DNA of 64,000 nt from Pseudomonadota bacterium (lineage in GTDB: Bacteria; Pseudomonadota; Gammaproteobacteria; Burkholderiales; Ferrovaceae): contig JAGWIJ010000004.1 of assembly GCA_028873535.1 (NCBI GenBank), positions 313-64,312 on the forward strand. Reading direction: 5' to 3'. Within the stretch, counting starts at the first letter, position 1, and each line of letters begins with the position of its first letter. The notes under the pieces are model-generated. The model searched no databases. It was not told the origin of the DNA and saw nothing but the letters and a program-made list of their open reading frames with translations. Of this stretch, positions 54,210 through 64,000 are shown in pieces. Made by a program: the position numbers and the translations under genes.

Positions 54210-55763
54210 TCATGGCGCGTCGTCGCGCAGACCCAGGCGGCGTGCCAGCTTGTGCAGATTGCTAGGGTCCACTTCGAGCCGGCGCGCAGCCTGGGTCCAG
54301 TTGCCACGGCTGTCGGCCAGGGCCTGGCGGATCGCCTGGCGCTGGACCGCCGCGACAGCGTCGCGCAAGGCGCCAGGCAGCGCCGCCGCGTCTGTGCCGG
54401 CCGGCGCTGCGTCCGGCAGTGCCGCGGCAGCAGGCGTGGCCTGGGCATCGAGATCCAGCAGTTCGGGCTCCAGGGTCACGATGTCGGCGCGCACCGCACC
54501 GCGGCTCAGGGCCTTGATGGCAGCCCGGCTGATCACGTGTTCGAGTTCGCGCACATTGCCCGGCCAGGGATAGCGCAGCAGCAGCAGTTCGGCCGCCGGC
54601 GACAGGCGCAGGCTGCGCATGCCGAGCCGCGCGCGATTGCGTTCCAGGAAACTGCCGGCCAGCAGCAGGATGTCCTTGCCACGCTCGCGCAGCGGCGGAA
54701 TCGTGACCGGGTAGACCGACAGGCGGTGGTAGAGGTCCGAGCGGAAGCTGCCGTCGCGCACGCATTGCTGCAGGTCGCGGTTGGTGGCGACGATGACGCG
54801 CACATCGACATGGCGGGGGCGATCCTCGCCCAGGCGCTGGATCTCGCCGTTCTGCAGCGTGCGCAGCAGCTTGGCCTGGACCGACAGCGGCAGTTCGCCG
54901 ACCTCGTCGAGGAACAGCGTGCCGCCGTCACCGGCCTCGAAGCGCCCGGCGCGATCGGTGGTGGCGCCCGAGAAGGCGCCGCGCACATGGCCGAACAGCT
55001 CGCTTTCGGCCAGCGACTCGGGCAGTGCGGCACAGTTGACGTGGACCAGGGGCTTCGGGCGCGCCGAGCTGCGATGCAGGCGATGCGCGAACAGTTCCTT
55101 GCCGACGCCGGTCTCGCCCAGCAGCAGCACCGGCAGTTCCGAGCGTGCGACCACCTCGATTTCGCGCAGCAGGCGTCGCAGTTCGGGGCTCTGGCCGATG
55201 ATCTCGTCGCCGACCGGCCGCCCCTCGACGGTTTCGACCAGGCTGGCATCGGCGCGCACCAGACGCAGGCCGCGCACCTCGTCCTCCAGGCGTGTCACGC
55301 GCACTGCGGCCTCCAGCAACAGTGCGTGGCGTTGCAGCAGCTTGCGGCGTTCGGCGGTGAAGACGTCGGTGCCGAGCGCGTCGAGCGTCAGCGCGCCCCA
55401 CAGTTCGCCTTCGACGAACAGGCTGACCCCCATGCAGTCGTGGACCGGCAGCGGCGCACCGGCGTGGGCCTGCAACAGGCCGTCGTAGGGGTCGGGCAAC
55501 TCGCTGTCGGCGGCAAAACGTACCGGCTCGCGGCGCGCCAGGATGGCGGCGAAGCGCGGGTGCTGGGCGACCAGGAAGCGCCGGCCCAGTGCTTCGTGGA
55601 CGAGTCCGTCAACGGCCATCGGCAGCAGGCAGTCGTCCTGCAGGCGCAGCAGGGCGACCGCATCGCAGGCGTAGTGGCTGCGCAGGACCCGGGTCAGGCG
55701 CTCCAGACGGATCGCTGAGGGGAGGGCGGTGACCAGATCGGCCAGCAGGGCATCTTCAAGCAT
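54210..55763 (-). CDS. norR: NO-responsive sigma-54 activator NorR
   Basis: A GAF domain, an AAA+ domain (GETGVGKE, GAFSGA) and a C-terminal HTH (NWTQAARRLEVDPSNLHKLARRLGL). I chose ATG 55763 (MLEDALL...); the track ORF starts two codons earlier at TTG 55769. Confidence 0.88.
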   Translation of the reverse strand: MLEDALLADLVTALPSAIRLERLTRVLRSHYACDAVALLRLQDDCLLPMAVDGLVHEALGRRFLVAQHPRFAAILARREPVRFAADSELPDPYDGLLQAHAGAPLPVHDCMGVSLFVEGELWGALTLDALGTDVFTAERRKLLQRHALLLEAAVRVTRLEDEVRGLRLVRADASLVETVEGRPVGDEIIGQSPELRRLLREIEVVARSELPVLLLGETGVGKELFAHRLHRSSARPKPLVHVNCAALPESLAESELFGHVRGAFSGATTDRAGRFEAGDGGTLFLDEVGELPLSVQAKLLRTLQNGEIQRLGEDRPRHVDVRVIVATNRDLQQCVRDGSFRSDLYHRLSVYPVTIPPLRERGKDILLLAGSFLERNRARLGMRSLRLSPAAELLLLRYPWPGNVRELEHVISRAAIKALSRGAVRADIVTLEPELLDLDAQATPAAAALPDAAPAGTDAAALPGALRDAVAAVQRQAIRQALADSRGNWTQAARRLEVDPSNLHKLARRLGLRDDAP

Positions 55764-55821
55764 GGTCAAGTATACCCGATTCGGGTGAATGGGACCCGAT
55801 CCAGTGTGGGTGGATATGACC
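55764..55821 (+). promoter_or_regulatory. Three NorR boxes (GGT-N7-ACC) forming the upstream activating sequence
   Basis: GGTcaagtatACC (55764-55776), GGTgaatgggACC (55784-55796) and GGTggatatgACC (55809-55821). Each is followed by CGAT. Confidence 0.75.
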
Positions 55822-55861
55822 CGATTGACTGACCTGGCATTGAATGCAAAAGGATTTCTTT

Positions 55862-55876
55862 TGGCACGCGGCTTGC
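55862..55876 (+). promoter_or_regulatory. Sigma-54 (-24/-12) promoter of the nor operon
   Basis: TGGCAC-gcggc-TTGC matches the consensus exactly. It lies 41 nt downstream of the last NorR box and 43 nt upstream of the first ATG, with an AT-rich stretch between. Confidence 0.8.
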
Positions 55877-55918
55877 GAGAAGGAACGCATCCCTAAGTTG
55901 CTGATGAGGAGACGTCCC

Positions 55919-56458
55919 ATGACCCAGTCCGAGCAATCACCCGATCCGCTCGCCGATGCCAGTGCCGAGGCTGTCAAGCACGACTGGCGGCGTGTCGGCA
56001 CCCAGGGCCTGATCGCCCACATCCTGGTGCGCTTTCACCAGCGGCATCGCGAACAGTTGCCGGAAATGATCCGCCTGGCACGGCGCGTCGAGGTGGCGCA
56101 TGGAGAACAGCTCAGTTGTCCGCGCGGGCTGGCGGACCTTCTGCTGGCGCTGCAGCAAGGTCTGGAGAGCCACATGATGAAGGAAGAGCAGGTGCTGTTC
56201 CCGAACCTGGCGTCAGCGGATCCCGCGGTGCTGGCGGCGCCGATCGCAGTGATGCGCTTCGAGCATGAGCAGCACCTTGCGGCGCTGGCGCAGATCGACG
56301 CCTTGACCGGCAGCCTCACGCTGCCCGCCGCAGCCTGCAACAGCTGGCGTTCGCTGTACGGCGCGCTGGCGACCTTCCGCCGTGATCTGCGCGAGCACCT
56401 GCAGCTGGAAGAAACGGTGCTGTTTGCGGGAACGGCAGACGTCGTGGCCGCTGCCTGA
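55919..56458 (+). CDS. Hemerythrin-like di-iron protein (NorA/DnrN/YtfE family, short form without ScdA_N)
   Basis: ATG lies 7 nt after GAGGAG. HHE-type motifs are present: RFHQRHREQLPE, HMMKEEQVLFP, RFEHEQH, HLQLEETVLF. Confidence 0.75.
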   Translation: MTQSEQSPDPLADASAEAVKHDWRRVGTQGLIAHILVRFHQRHREQLPEMIRLARRVEVAHGEQLSCPRGLADLLLALQQGLESHMMKEEQVLFPNLASADPAVLAAPIAVMRFEHEQHLAALAQIDALTGSLTLPAAACNSWRSLYGALATFRRDLREHLQLEETVLFAGTADVVAAA

Positions 56459-56501
56459 GCGCAGTCCCTTCGCATCCAACGTAGCGAACAAGGAGATCCC
56501 C

Positions 56502-58377
<1,876 letters not shown>

Positions 58378-58381
58378 CTTC

Positions 58382-58951
58382 ATGCGCGCGCAAGACCGCG
58401 AAGCCCTGCCGGGCGACCTGGCGATCTGGATCTTCATCTTCGCCGAGCTGCTGGTGTTCGGCATCCTGTTCGCGGTCTATGCCTTTGCACGCAGCGCCCA
58501 CGTGGCGCTGTTCAACCAGGGCCAGGCCCTGCTCGACCGCCGCCTGGGCCTGGCCAACACCCTGGTGCTGATCACCAGCAGCTATGCCGTGGCGCGTGCC
58601 ACCGAGGCGATCCATCGCGATCGCGTGCAGGCGTGCGGCAGATGGCTGCTGGCGGCGCTGCTGCTGGGGTCCCTGTTCGTCGGCATCAAGTGCCACGAAT
58701 TCGCGCGCGATGCGCAGGCCGGCATGAACCTGTCGCACGACCTGTTCCAGATGTTCTATCTGTCGCTGACCGGTTTCCACTTCCTGCATGTCGTGATGGG
58801 CATGGCGATCCTTGCGGCCGTGGCGGCGAAGACCTTCGCCGGCGGCTACCGCGCGCACGACTGCACCGGCGTCGAGACTGCCGGCGCCTGGTGGCACATG
58901 GTCGATCTGGTGTGGATCATCCTGTTCATCCTGGTCTACGTGCTGCGATGA
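58382..58951 (+). CDS. norE: NorE (cytochrome c oxidase subunit III family)
   Basis: Five TM segments with LAIWIFIFAELLVFG, FYLSLTGFHFLHVVMG and WWHMVDLVWI. Confidence 0.8.
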   Translation: MRAQDREALPGDLAIWIFIFAELLVFGILFAVYAFARSAHVALFNQGQALLDRRLGLANTLVLITSSYAVARATEAIHRDRVQACGRWLLAALLLGSLFVGIKCHEFARDAQAGMNLSHDLFQMFYLSLTGFHFLHVVMGMAILAAVAAKTFAGGYRAHDCTGVETAGAWWHMVDLVWIILFILVYVLR

Positions 58952-59244
58952 GCGCGCCGACCGTGGCCACGCTGCCATCGCAAGGCCTGTCCGGCGCCCG
59001 GCTGCGCCTGACCCTGGTGTGGCTGCTGCTGATGCTGCTGACCGTGGCGAGCGTGGAGCTCGGTGCACACGGCACGGCACGCCAGACGCTGTCCGGGGTG
59101 CTGCTGCTCGCGCTGCTCAAGGGACAGTTCCTGGTCGACCATTTCATGGGACTGCGCCGCGTGCATCGGGTCTGGCGCGCCCTGATGGCCGCCTGGCTGG
59201 CCACCGTCGGCGCGCTGATTGCCATTGCCTTCCTGCTTGCCTGA
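58948..59244 (+). CDS. Small 3-TM membrane protein, NorF-like / prokaryotic CoxIV-like
   Basis: ATG overlaps the norE stop (ATGA). Length is 98 aa. Hydrophobic helices include LTLVWLLLMLLTVASVEL, LLLALLKGQFLVDHFMGL and AAWLATVGALIAIAFLLA. Confidence 0.55.
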   Translation: MSAPTVATLPSQGLSGARLRLTLVWLLLMLLTVASVELGAHGTARQTLSGVLLLALLKGQFLVDHFMGLRRVHRVWRALMAAWLATVGALIAIAFLLA

Positions 59245-59267
59245 TCACCTGATTGCGGAGAACCCAC

Positions 59268-60077
59268 ATGAGCATCCTGTCCCTGAATCGCCGCGACGCA
59301 GCCCTGCCGCACTACACGCCCACCGGCGAGGAAGTGGCCGTCTTCGAGATGGCCTGGGCGTCACGCCTGCCGGTGCTGCTCAAGGGGCCGACCGGCTGCG
59401 GCAAGACGCGCTTTGTCGAGCACATGGCGGCCCGGCTGGGGCGTCCGCTGTTCACGGTGTCGTGCCACGATGACCTGAGTGCTGCCGACCTGGTCGGCCG
59501 GCACCTGATCGGTGCCGAGGGCACCTACTGGACCGACGGCCCGCTGACCCAGGCGGTGCGTGCCGGCGGCATCTGCTACCTGGACGAGATCGTCGAGGCG
59601 CGCAAGGACACTACCGTGGTGCTGCATTCGCTGTCCGACGACCGGCGCATCCTGCCGATCGACCGCACCGGCGAGACACTGGCGGCACCGCCTGAGTTCA
59701 TGCTGGTGATCTCCTACAATCCGGGCTACCAGCACCTGCTCAAGGGACTCAAGCCGAGCACGCGCCAGCGCTTCATTTCGCTGGCCTTCGACTACCCGGC
59801 GGCGGCGGTCGAGCAGCATATCGTGCGCGAGGAGACCGGACTCGACACGGCGCGTGCGCGGCAGCTGGTGCTGCTGGCGCGCGCGCTGCGCCAGACCGGC
59901 GAGCACGATCTCGACGAAGGCCCGGGAACCCGCCTGATCGTCGACGCCGCGCGCCTGATGGTGCGCGGTTGCGAGCCGGTGCTGGCGTGCCGCGTGGCGG
60001 TCATCGAATGCCTGTCGGATGATCCGTCGATCGTCGAGGCCCTGATGCAGGTGGTTCGCGCCGTCGTGGCTGCCTGA
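59268..60077 (+). CDS. norQ: NorQ (CbbQ/NirQ MoxR-type AAA+ ATPase)
   Basis: ATG lies 7 nt after GGAG. Walker A is LKGPTGCGKT and Walker B is ICYLDEIVEA. The track ORF begins at TTG 59253. Confidence 0.88.
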   Translation: MSILSLNRRDAALPHYTPTGEEVAVFEMAWASRLPVLLKGPTGCGKTRFVEHMAARLGRPLFTVSCHDDLSAADLVGRHLIGAEGTYWTDGPLTQAVRAGGICYLDEIVEARKDTTVVLHSLSDDRRILPIDRTGETLAAPPEFMLVISYNPGYQHLLKGLKPSTRQRFISLAFDYPAAAVEQHIVREETGLDTARARQLVLLARALRQTGEHDLDEGPGTRLIVDAARLMVRGCEPVLACRVAVIECLSDDPSIVEALMQVVRAVVAA

Positions 60078-60087
60078 GGCATCGGCC

Positions 60088-61911
60088 ATGGAAGAGCAGG
60101 TCGGCATCTGGTGGCACCAGCTTCTCAACCGCATGGCGGGAGCGCAGCATGCTGACGCCGGCGTGGCCTTGCCTGCATTGAGCCAGCAACTGGGCGTGCT
60201 GTTCCGCGCGCTGGGCGGCGCGCATGGCGTGCCCCTGGACGCGGTCGCCGGCGTGCGCCATGGCGCGCGCCGTTCGGTGCTGGAGCGCATGGCCGGTGCG
60301 CGCGCCAAGGTGGAACTGGCTTCGGTCGATGCACACGCCCTGCGTCTGCCGGGTCGCATCGACGCCTACGCCGATCCGGCACTGAACCGCGCGCTCTACC
60401 AGTGGCTGGTGGCGCTGTGCGCGGTGACGCCGCAGCAGGGCAGCTGGTGGCTGCGCAACCAGCAGGGCAGCCGTTTCCTGCTTGACCACTATGCCGGGCT
60501 GGCGACCAGCTACCGGCAGCTGCTGGCGGCCGAACTGCAGCGGCGGCCGGATCCGCAAGGTCTGCCGGCCGACCAGGCGCGTGCCGAGCGCCGCCTGCGG
60601 CGCGCCCTGGAAGACCCCGGCAGCGTGGCGGAGCTGCCGGTGTGTGCACGGCCGCTGGAGCCGGTGCTGCTGTGGCTGAGTCCGGTCGAGCCGTTGACGC
60701 AGGGCCGCTCCGGATCGGCCGCGTCGGCGGCCACGCCGCCGGCAGGCGCAGCGAGCGCGCAGCAGGACCGCAAGCGGCGCGCCGCGCAGCAAGCCGAACT
60801 GCCGAGCCGCGACGGCGGTCTGCTGATCTTCCGTCCGGAGTCGATCTTCAGCTGGACCGAGTACGCCAAGGTCGAGCACGAGATCCAGGACAATGAGGAC
60901 GAGGACCTGCTCCAGGCCGCGGACGATCTCGACGTGCTCAGCGTCAGCGACGACGAGCGCTCGGTCGCGAAAAAGCTGCGCATGAACCTGGACCGCGCCG
61001 CGCGCAGCGAAATCGCTGACAGCGGCGCGCCCGCCGACATCCGTGTGCCCGAGTGGGACTATCGCAGCCAGCAGCTCAGGCCGGCGCATTGCGCGATCCG
61101 TCTGCAGCCGCCCGGCACGACGACTGCCTGCGAACTGCCGGCACGCCTGCACGCCGACCGGCGGCGCATGCACCGCGGTCTGGCGGCACTGACGCCGGAG
61201 CGCCAGTTGCGGCGGCGTCAGGCACACGGCGAGGAGATCGACCTGGACGCCTGCATCCGCCTGCGCGGCAGCGGCGGCAGCGACGACAGCGACTGCTACC
61301 AGAGCGTGCGCAGGCGTCAGCGCGACCTGTCTTGCCTGCTGCTGGCGGACCTCTCGCTGTCCACCGAGGCGGCAATCGACGGCGAACTGCGCGTCATCGA
61401 CGTGATCCGCGACAGCCTGATGCTGTTCGCCGAGTCCCTGGCGGTGACACGCGACCGCTTCGCGCTGTATGGCTTCAGTTCGCGCCAGCGCCACGATGTG
61501 CGCATCAGCGCACTCAAGCGCTTCGACCAGGCCTACGACGGCGAAGTGCGCGGCCGTATCGCCGCGATCGGGCCGTCTTTCTACACGCGCATGGGCGCTG
61601 CCATCCGCTACGCCAGCGAGGTGCTGGGCAAGGAGCGCAGCCGCGAACGCATCCTGTTGCTGTTGACCGACGGCAAGCCCAACGACAGCGACTGCTACGA
61701 GGGGCGCTATGGGGTCGAGGACACGCGCAAGGCCCTGGTGGCCGCGCGGCAGAAGGGACTGCGGCCCTTCTGCGTCACCATCGACCAGACCGCCGAGGAC
61801 TACCTGCCGCACATTTTCGGCAACAAGGGCTTCGTGATCATCCGCCGTCCGGCCGAGCTGCCGCGCCGCCTGGCGCTGCTCTACGCGCAACTGACGCGCA
61901 GCGCGCACTGA
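60088..61911 (+). CDS. norD: NorD (von Willebrand factor A domain NOR maturation protein)
   Basis: The C-terminal VWA/MIDAS region reads LLADLSLST...ILLLLTDGKPND. Its position directly after norQ supports the call. Confidence 0.85.
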   Translation: MEEQVGIWWHQLLNRMAGAQHADAGVALPALSQQLGVLFRALGGAHGVPLDAVAGVRHGARRSVLERMAGARAKVELASVDAHALRLPGRIDAYADPALNRALYQWLVALCAVTPQQGSWWLRNQQGSRFLLDHYAGLATSYRQLLAAELQRRPDPQGLPADQARAERRLRRALEDPGSVAELPVCARPLEPVLLWLSPVEPLTQGRSGSAASAATPPAGAASAQQDRKRRAAQQAELPSRDGGLLIFRPESIFSWTEYAKVEHEIQDNEDEDLLQAADDLDVLSVSDDERSVAKKLRMNLDRAARSEIADSGAPADIRVPEWDYRSQQLRPAHCAIRLQPPGTTTACELPARLHADRRRMHRGLAALTPERQLRRRQAHGEEIDLDACIRLRGSGGSDDSDCYQSVRRRQRDLSCLLLADLSLSTEAAIDGELRVIDVIRDSLMLFAESLAVTRDRFALYGFSSRQRHDVRISALKRFDQAYDGEVRGRIAAIGPSFYTRMGAAIRYASEVLGKERSRERILLLLTDGKPNDSDCYEGRYGVEDTRKALVAARQKGLRPFCVTIDQTAEDYLPHIFGNKGFVIIRRPAELPRRLALLYAQLTRSAH

Positions 61912-62068
61912 GCGCTGCACAGGCCGCCGCGCCTGCTCACGCGGCAGCGTCGATTCGCGCCTGCGCCCTGCACCCGCGGTCTGGCAGGGCCTGGTCGTTG
62001 CTGGCACGACCTTCCGCTTTTTTGCGATCATGCACCACGCCGCTGACCCCCGGGAGTGCCATCGCGCC

Positions 62069-62941
62069 ATGCAGACCTGTCTTGAAACACCGTTCCAGCG
62101 CCTGTTAGTCGATCCCGCCCTGGGCGGCTCGGTGCTGCGCTGGGATTGGCGCATGCCCGACGGTCATTGGGAACCCCTGTTCCGGCCCGCCAGCGCGGGC
62201 GCCAGCGCACCCACCGAGCTGGCCTGCTTCCCGCTGGCGCCGTGGGCCAATCGCGTCAGCGCTGGCGGCTTCGATGTCGCCGGCCGCCACCATGCGCTGG
62301 GCCTCAACTGGCCGGGCGATGCCTGCCCGCTGCACGGCGACGCCTGGTTGCAGGCGTGGTCGCTGCAGTCTGCGGCGGTGGACACGCTCACCATGGTGCT
62401 CGACTCGGCGCGGCCGCAGCACAGCCCGTATCGCTTCCAGGCCAGCCAGCGCTTCGACCTGCTGGCCGATGGGCTGGTGATCACCTTGCAGCTGCGCGCG
62501 CAGGATGCGCTGCCGCTGCCCTATGGCATCGGCCTGCATCCCTATTTCCATGATGTCGACGATGCCGTGCTGCAGGCCGCCTGCGACGGGGTCTGGCTGC
62601 CCGAAGCTGGCCGGCTGGCCGCACGCCATGTGCAGCCGGTGCCAGCGCCGTGGTCGTTTGCGCATCCGCGCGCCACGCGCGAACTGCTGGTCGATCACTG
62701 CTTCAGCGGCTGGGACGGCAAGGCGGTGATTGCCTGGCCCCGGCGTGGTCTGACGCTGCGCATGACGGCCAGCCCCGCTTCCGGCTGGATGCAGTTGTGC
62801 CGCCAGGCGGGCTGGGAGTGGCTGTGCCTGGAACCGGTGAGCCATCCCGTCGATGCCTTCCATCTGCCCGGCATGCCCGGACTTGCCGTGCTCGCGCCCG
62901 GTGAAACCCTGTCCCTGGCAATGGACCTGCGCGTGGCGTGA
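62069..62941 (+). CDS. Aldose 1-epimerase family protein
   Basis: Contains PLHGDAWLQAWS, GIGLHPYF and LCLEPVSH. The start is either ATG 62069 or ATG 62030. Confidence 0.7.
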   Translation: MQTCLETPFQRLLVDPALGGSVLRWDWRMPDGHWEPLFRPASAGASAPTELACFPLAPWANRVSAGGFDVAGRHHALGLNWPGDACPLHGDAWLQAWSLQSAAVDTLTMVLDSARPQHSPYRFQASQRFDLLADGLVITLQLRAQDALPLPYGIGLHPYFHDVDDAVLQAACDGVWLPEAGRLAARHVQPVPAPWSFAHPRATRELLVDHCFSGWDGKAVIAWPRRGLTLRMTASPASGWMQLCRQAGWEWLCLEPVSHPVDAFHLPGMPGLAVLAPGETLSLAMDLRVA

Positions 62942-62972
62942 AGCGCGGCGGCTGACCCTTGCCGGCGGTGGT

Positions 62973-63000
62973 CTTGAATCCCGGGCCGCCGCCGCCATCT
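62973..63000 (+). promoter_or_regulatory. Candidate sigma-32 (RpoH) heat-shock promoter upstream of lon
   Basis: CTTGAA (62973-62978), a 14-nt spacer, then CGCCATCT (62993-63000), compared with the consensus CTTGAA-N13-17-CCCCATnT. Confidence 0.45.
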
Positions 63001-63075
63001 TCCCCTCAACAGACTATCGTGCCTGGACCAGCAGGGCATCCAGCCCTGGCAGTGCTTCAGGCCGTCGCAGGGGAC

Positions 63076-64000
63076 ATGGACATGTTGCAACAGGCTTGGT
63101 CGGCGGAAGGTCCGGAAGCGCTACCGCCGGGACACGAAGGGGGCAAGGAACCGCGCGCGCTCAAGCGCCTGCCGGAGGATGCCCTGGTGCTGATTCCCCT
63201 GGGCAGCGAAGTGCTGTTTCCCGGTGTGGTGGCACCCATCGCGTTGAGCGGCGAACGCGCGGCCACGGCGGCCGACTGGGCGGCCAAGGAAGGCCTGCGC
63301 GTGGGCTTCCTGCTGCAGCGCGAAGCCGACAAGGCGGATCCGGGGCCGTCCGATCTGCACTGGGTCGGGACCGCAGCCGGCGTCGTGCGCCGCCTGCGTT
63401 TCGGCAACGGCAGCGTGCAGCTGATCGCCCAGGGCGAGGAGCGCTTCCGCGTGCTCGAATTCCTCGAGGGCTGGCCCTTCCTGGTCGCGCGCGTGGCGAT
63501 GGTCGAACCGGCGCGCCAGGATGGCCCGGAGATCGAGGCGCGCCTGCTGCAGCTCAAGGAGCGCGCGGCCGAGACCATCGCGCTGACGCCGCAGGCGCCC
63601 GATGAACTGGCGGGCATCGTCGCGGGCATGGAGTCGGCCTCCGCGCTGGCCGACTTCGTCGGCCACTTCATGCACATCCGCAGCGAGGAAAAACAGGACC
63701 TGCTCGAAACCTTCGACCTGGTGCGGCGCCTGGACAAGGTGCTGGCGCTGCTCGCCAAGCGTCTGGAAGTGCTGAAGCTGTCGCGCCAGATCGGCGAAAA
63801 GACGCGCGCCACTTTCGACGAGCGCCAGCGTGAACATGTGCTGCGCGAGCAATTGCGGCAGATCCAGAACGAGCTCGGCGAAGGCGGCGAGCAGGGCGCG
63901 GAACTCGACGCGCTCGGCCAGTCGATCGAGCAGGCTGGCATGCCGGAAGAGGTCCACAAGCGCGCCGTGCAGGAGCTGCGGCGCCTGGAGCGCATGGGTG
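63076..64000 (+). CDS. lon: Lon protease, N-terminal part (continues beyond the window)
   Basis: The frame is open from ATG 63076 to the window end; it is absent from the track because there is no stop. My translation reads MDMLQQAWS...LPEDALVLIPLGSEVLFPGVVAPI...HVLREQLRQIQNELGEGGEQGAELDAL...MPEEVHKRAVQELRRLERMG, which is typical of the Lon N-domain and coiled coil. Confidence 0.85.
   Translation, partial: MDMLQQAWSAEGPEALPPGHEGGKEPRALKRLPEDALVLIPLGSEVLFPGVVAPIALSGERAATAADWAAKEGLRVGFLLQREADKADPGPSDLHWVGTAAGVVRRLRFGNGSVQLIAQGEERFRVLEFLEGWPFLVARVAMVEPARQDGPEIEARLLQLKERAAETIALTPQAPDELAGIVAGMESASALADFVGHFMHIRSEEKQDLLETFDLVRRLDKVLALLAKRLEVLKLSRQIGEKTRATFDERQREHVLREQLRQIQNELGEGGEQGAELDALGQSIEQAGMPEEVHKRAVQELRRLERMG

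Noticed and set aside
60001-63995. Long minus-strand ORFs (60001-62154, 62105-62998, 63057-63995, 63121-63957) antisense to norD, the epimerase and lon.
   Set aside because: No motifs are present, the composition is typical of antisense GC-rich frames, and the sense-strand genes are recognisable.

Overview
This is a very GC-rich chromosomal window that looks betaproteobacterial. The gene order resembles Rhodocyclales/Burkholderiales: ECF sigma-DUF3619-DUF3106-RDD divergent from ilvIH-ilvC-psd-pssA, then ispB-rplU-rpmA-obg-proB, nrdAB, and a NorR-controlled nor cluster. I call about 55 protein genes and one tRNA-Pro(CGG). I saw no rRNA, CRISPR, IS element, integrase or phage genes. Most of the window is housekeeping. 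Five parts deserve attention. (1) nt 265-11656 is an operon led by a 2,435-aa multicopper oxidase whose cupredoxin core is split twice by arrays of about 28 short repeat modules. It is followed by an FKBP isomerase, a cytochrome-c fusion protein and two paralogous small secreted proteins. From memory this resembles the Leptothrix mofABC Mn-oxidation locus, but it is much expanded. (2) A Fur-box promoter drives a cupredoxin-like gene plus a barrel-like gene that lacks a signal peptide. (3) norR sits next to three GGT-N7-ACC boxes and a perfect sigma-54 promoter driving norA(dnrN)-norCB-norE-norF-like-norQD. A multi-PAS diguanylate cyclase with a NarX P-box-like sensor lies just downstream of norR. 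(4) A vapBC module has a perfect 15-bp inverted-repeat operator. (5) A 509-aa protein has a PilZ-like C-terminus. I re-picked start codons inside the track ORFs using RBS, signal peptides and homolog N-termini. The many long ORFs antisense to recognisable genes are GC-driven artefacts. All family assignments come from motif recognition by eye, and no database search was run.
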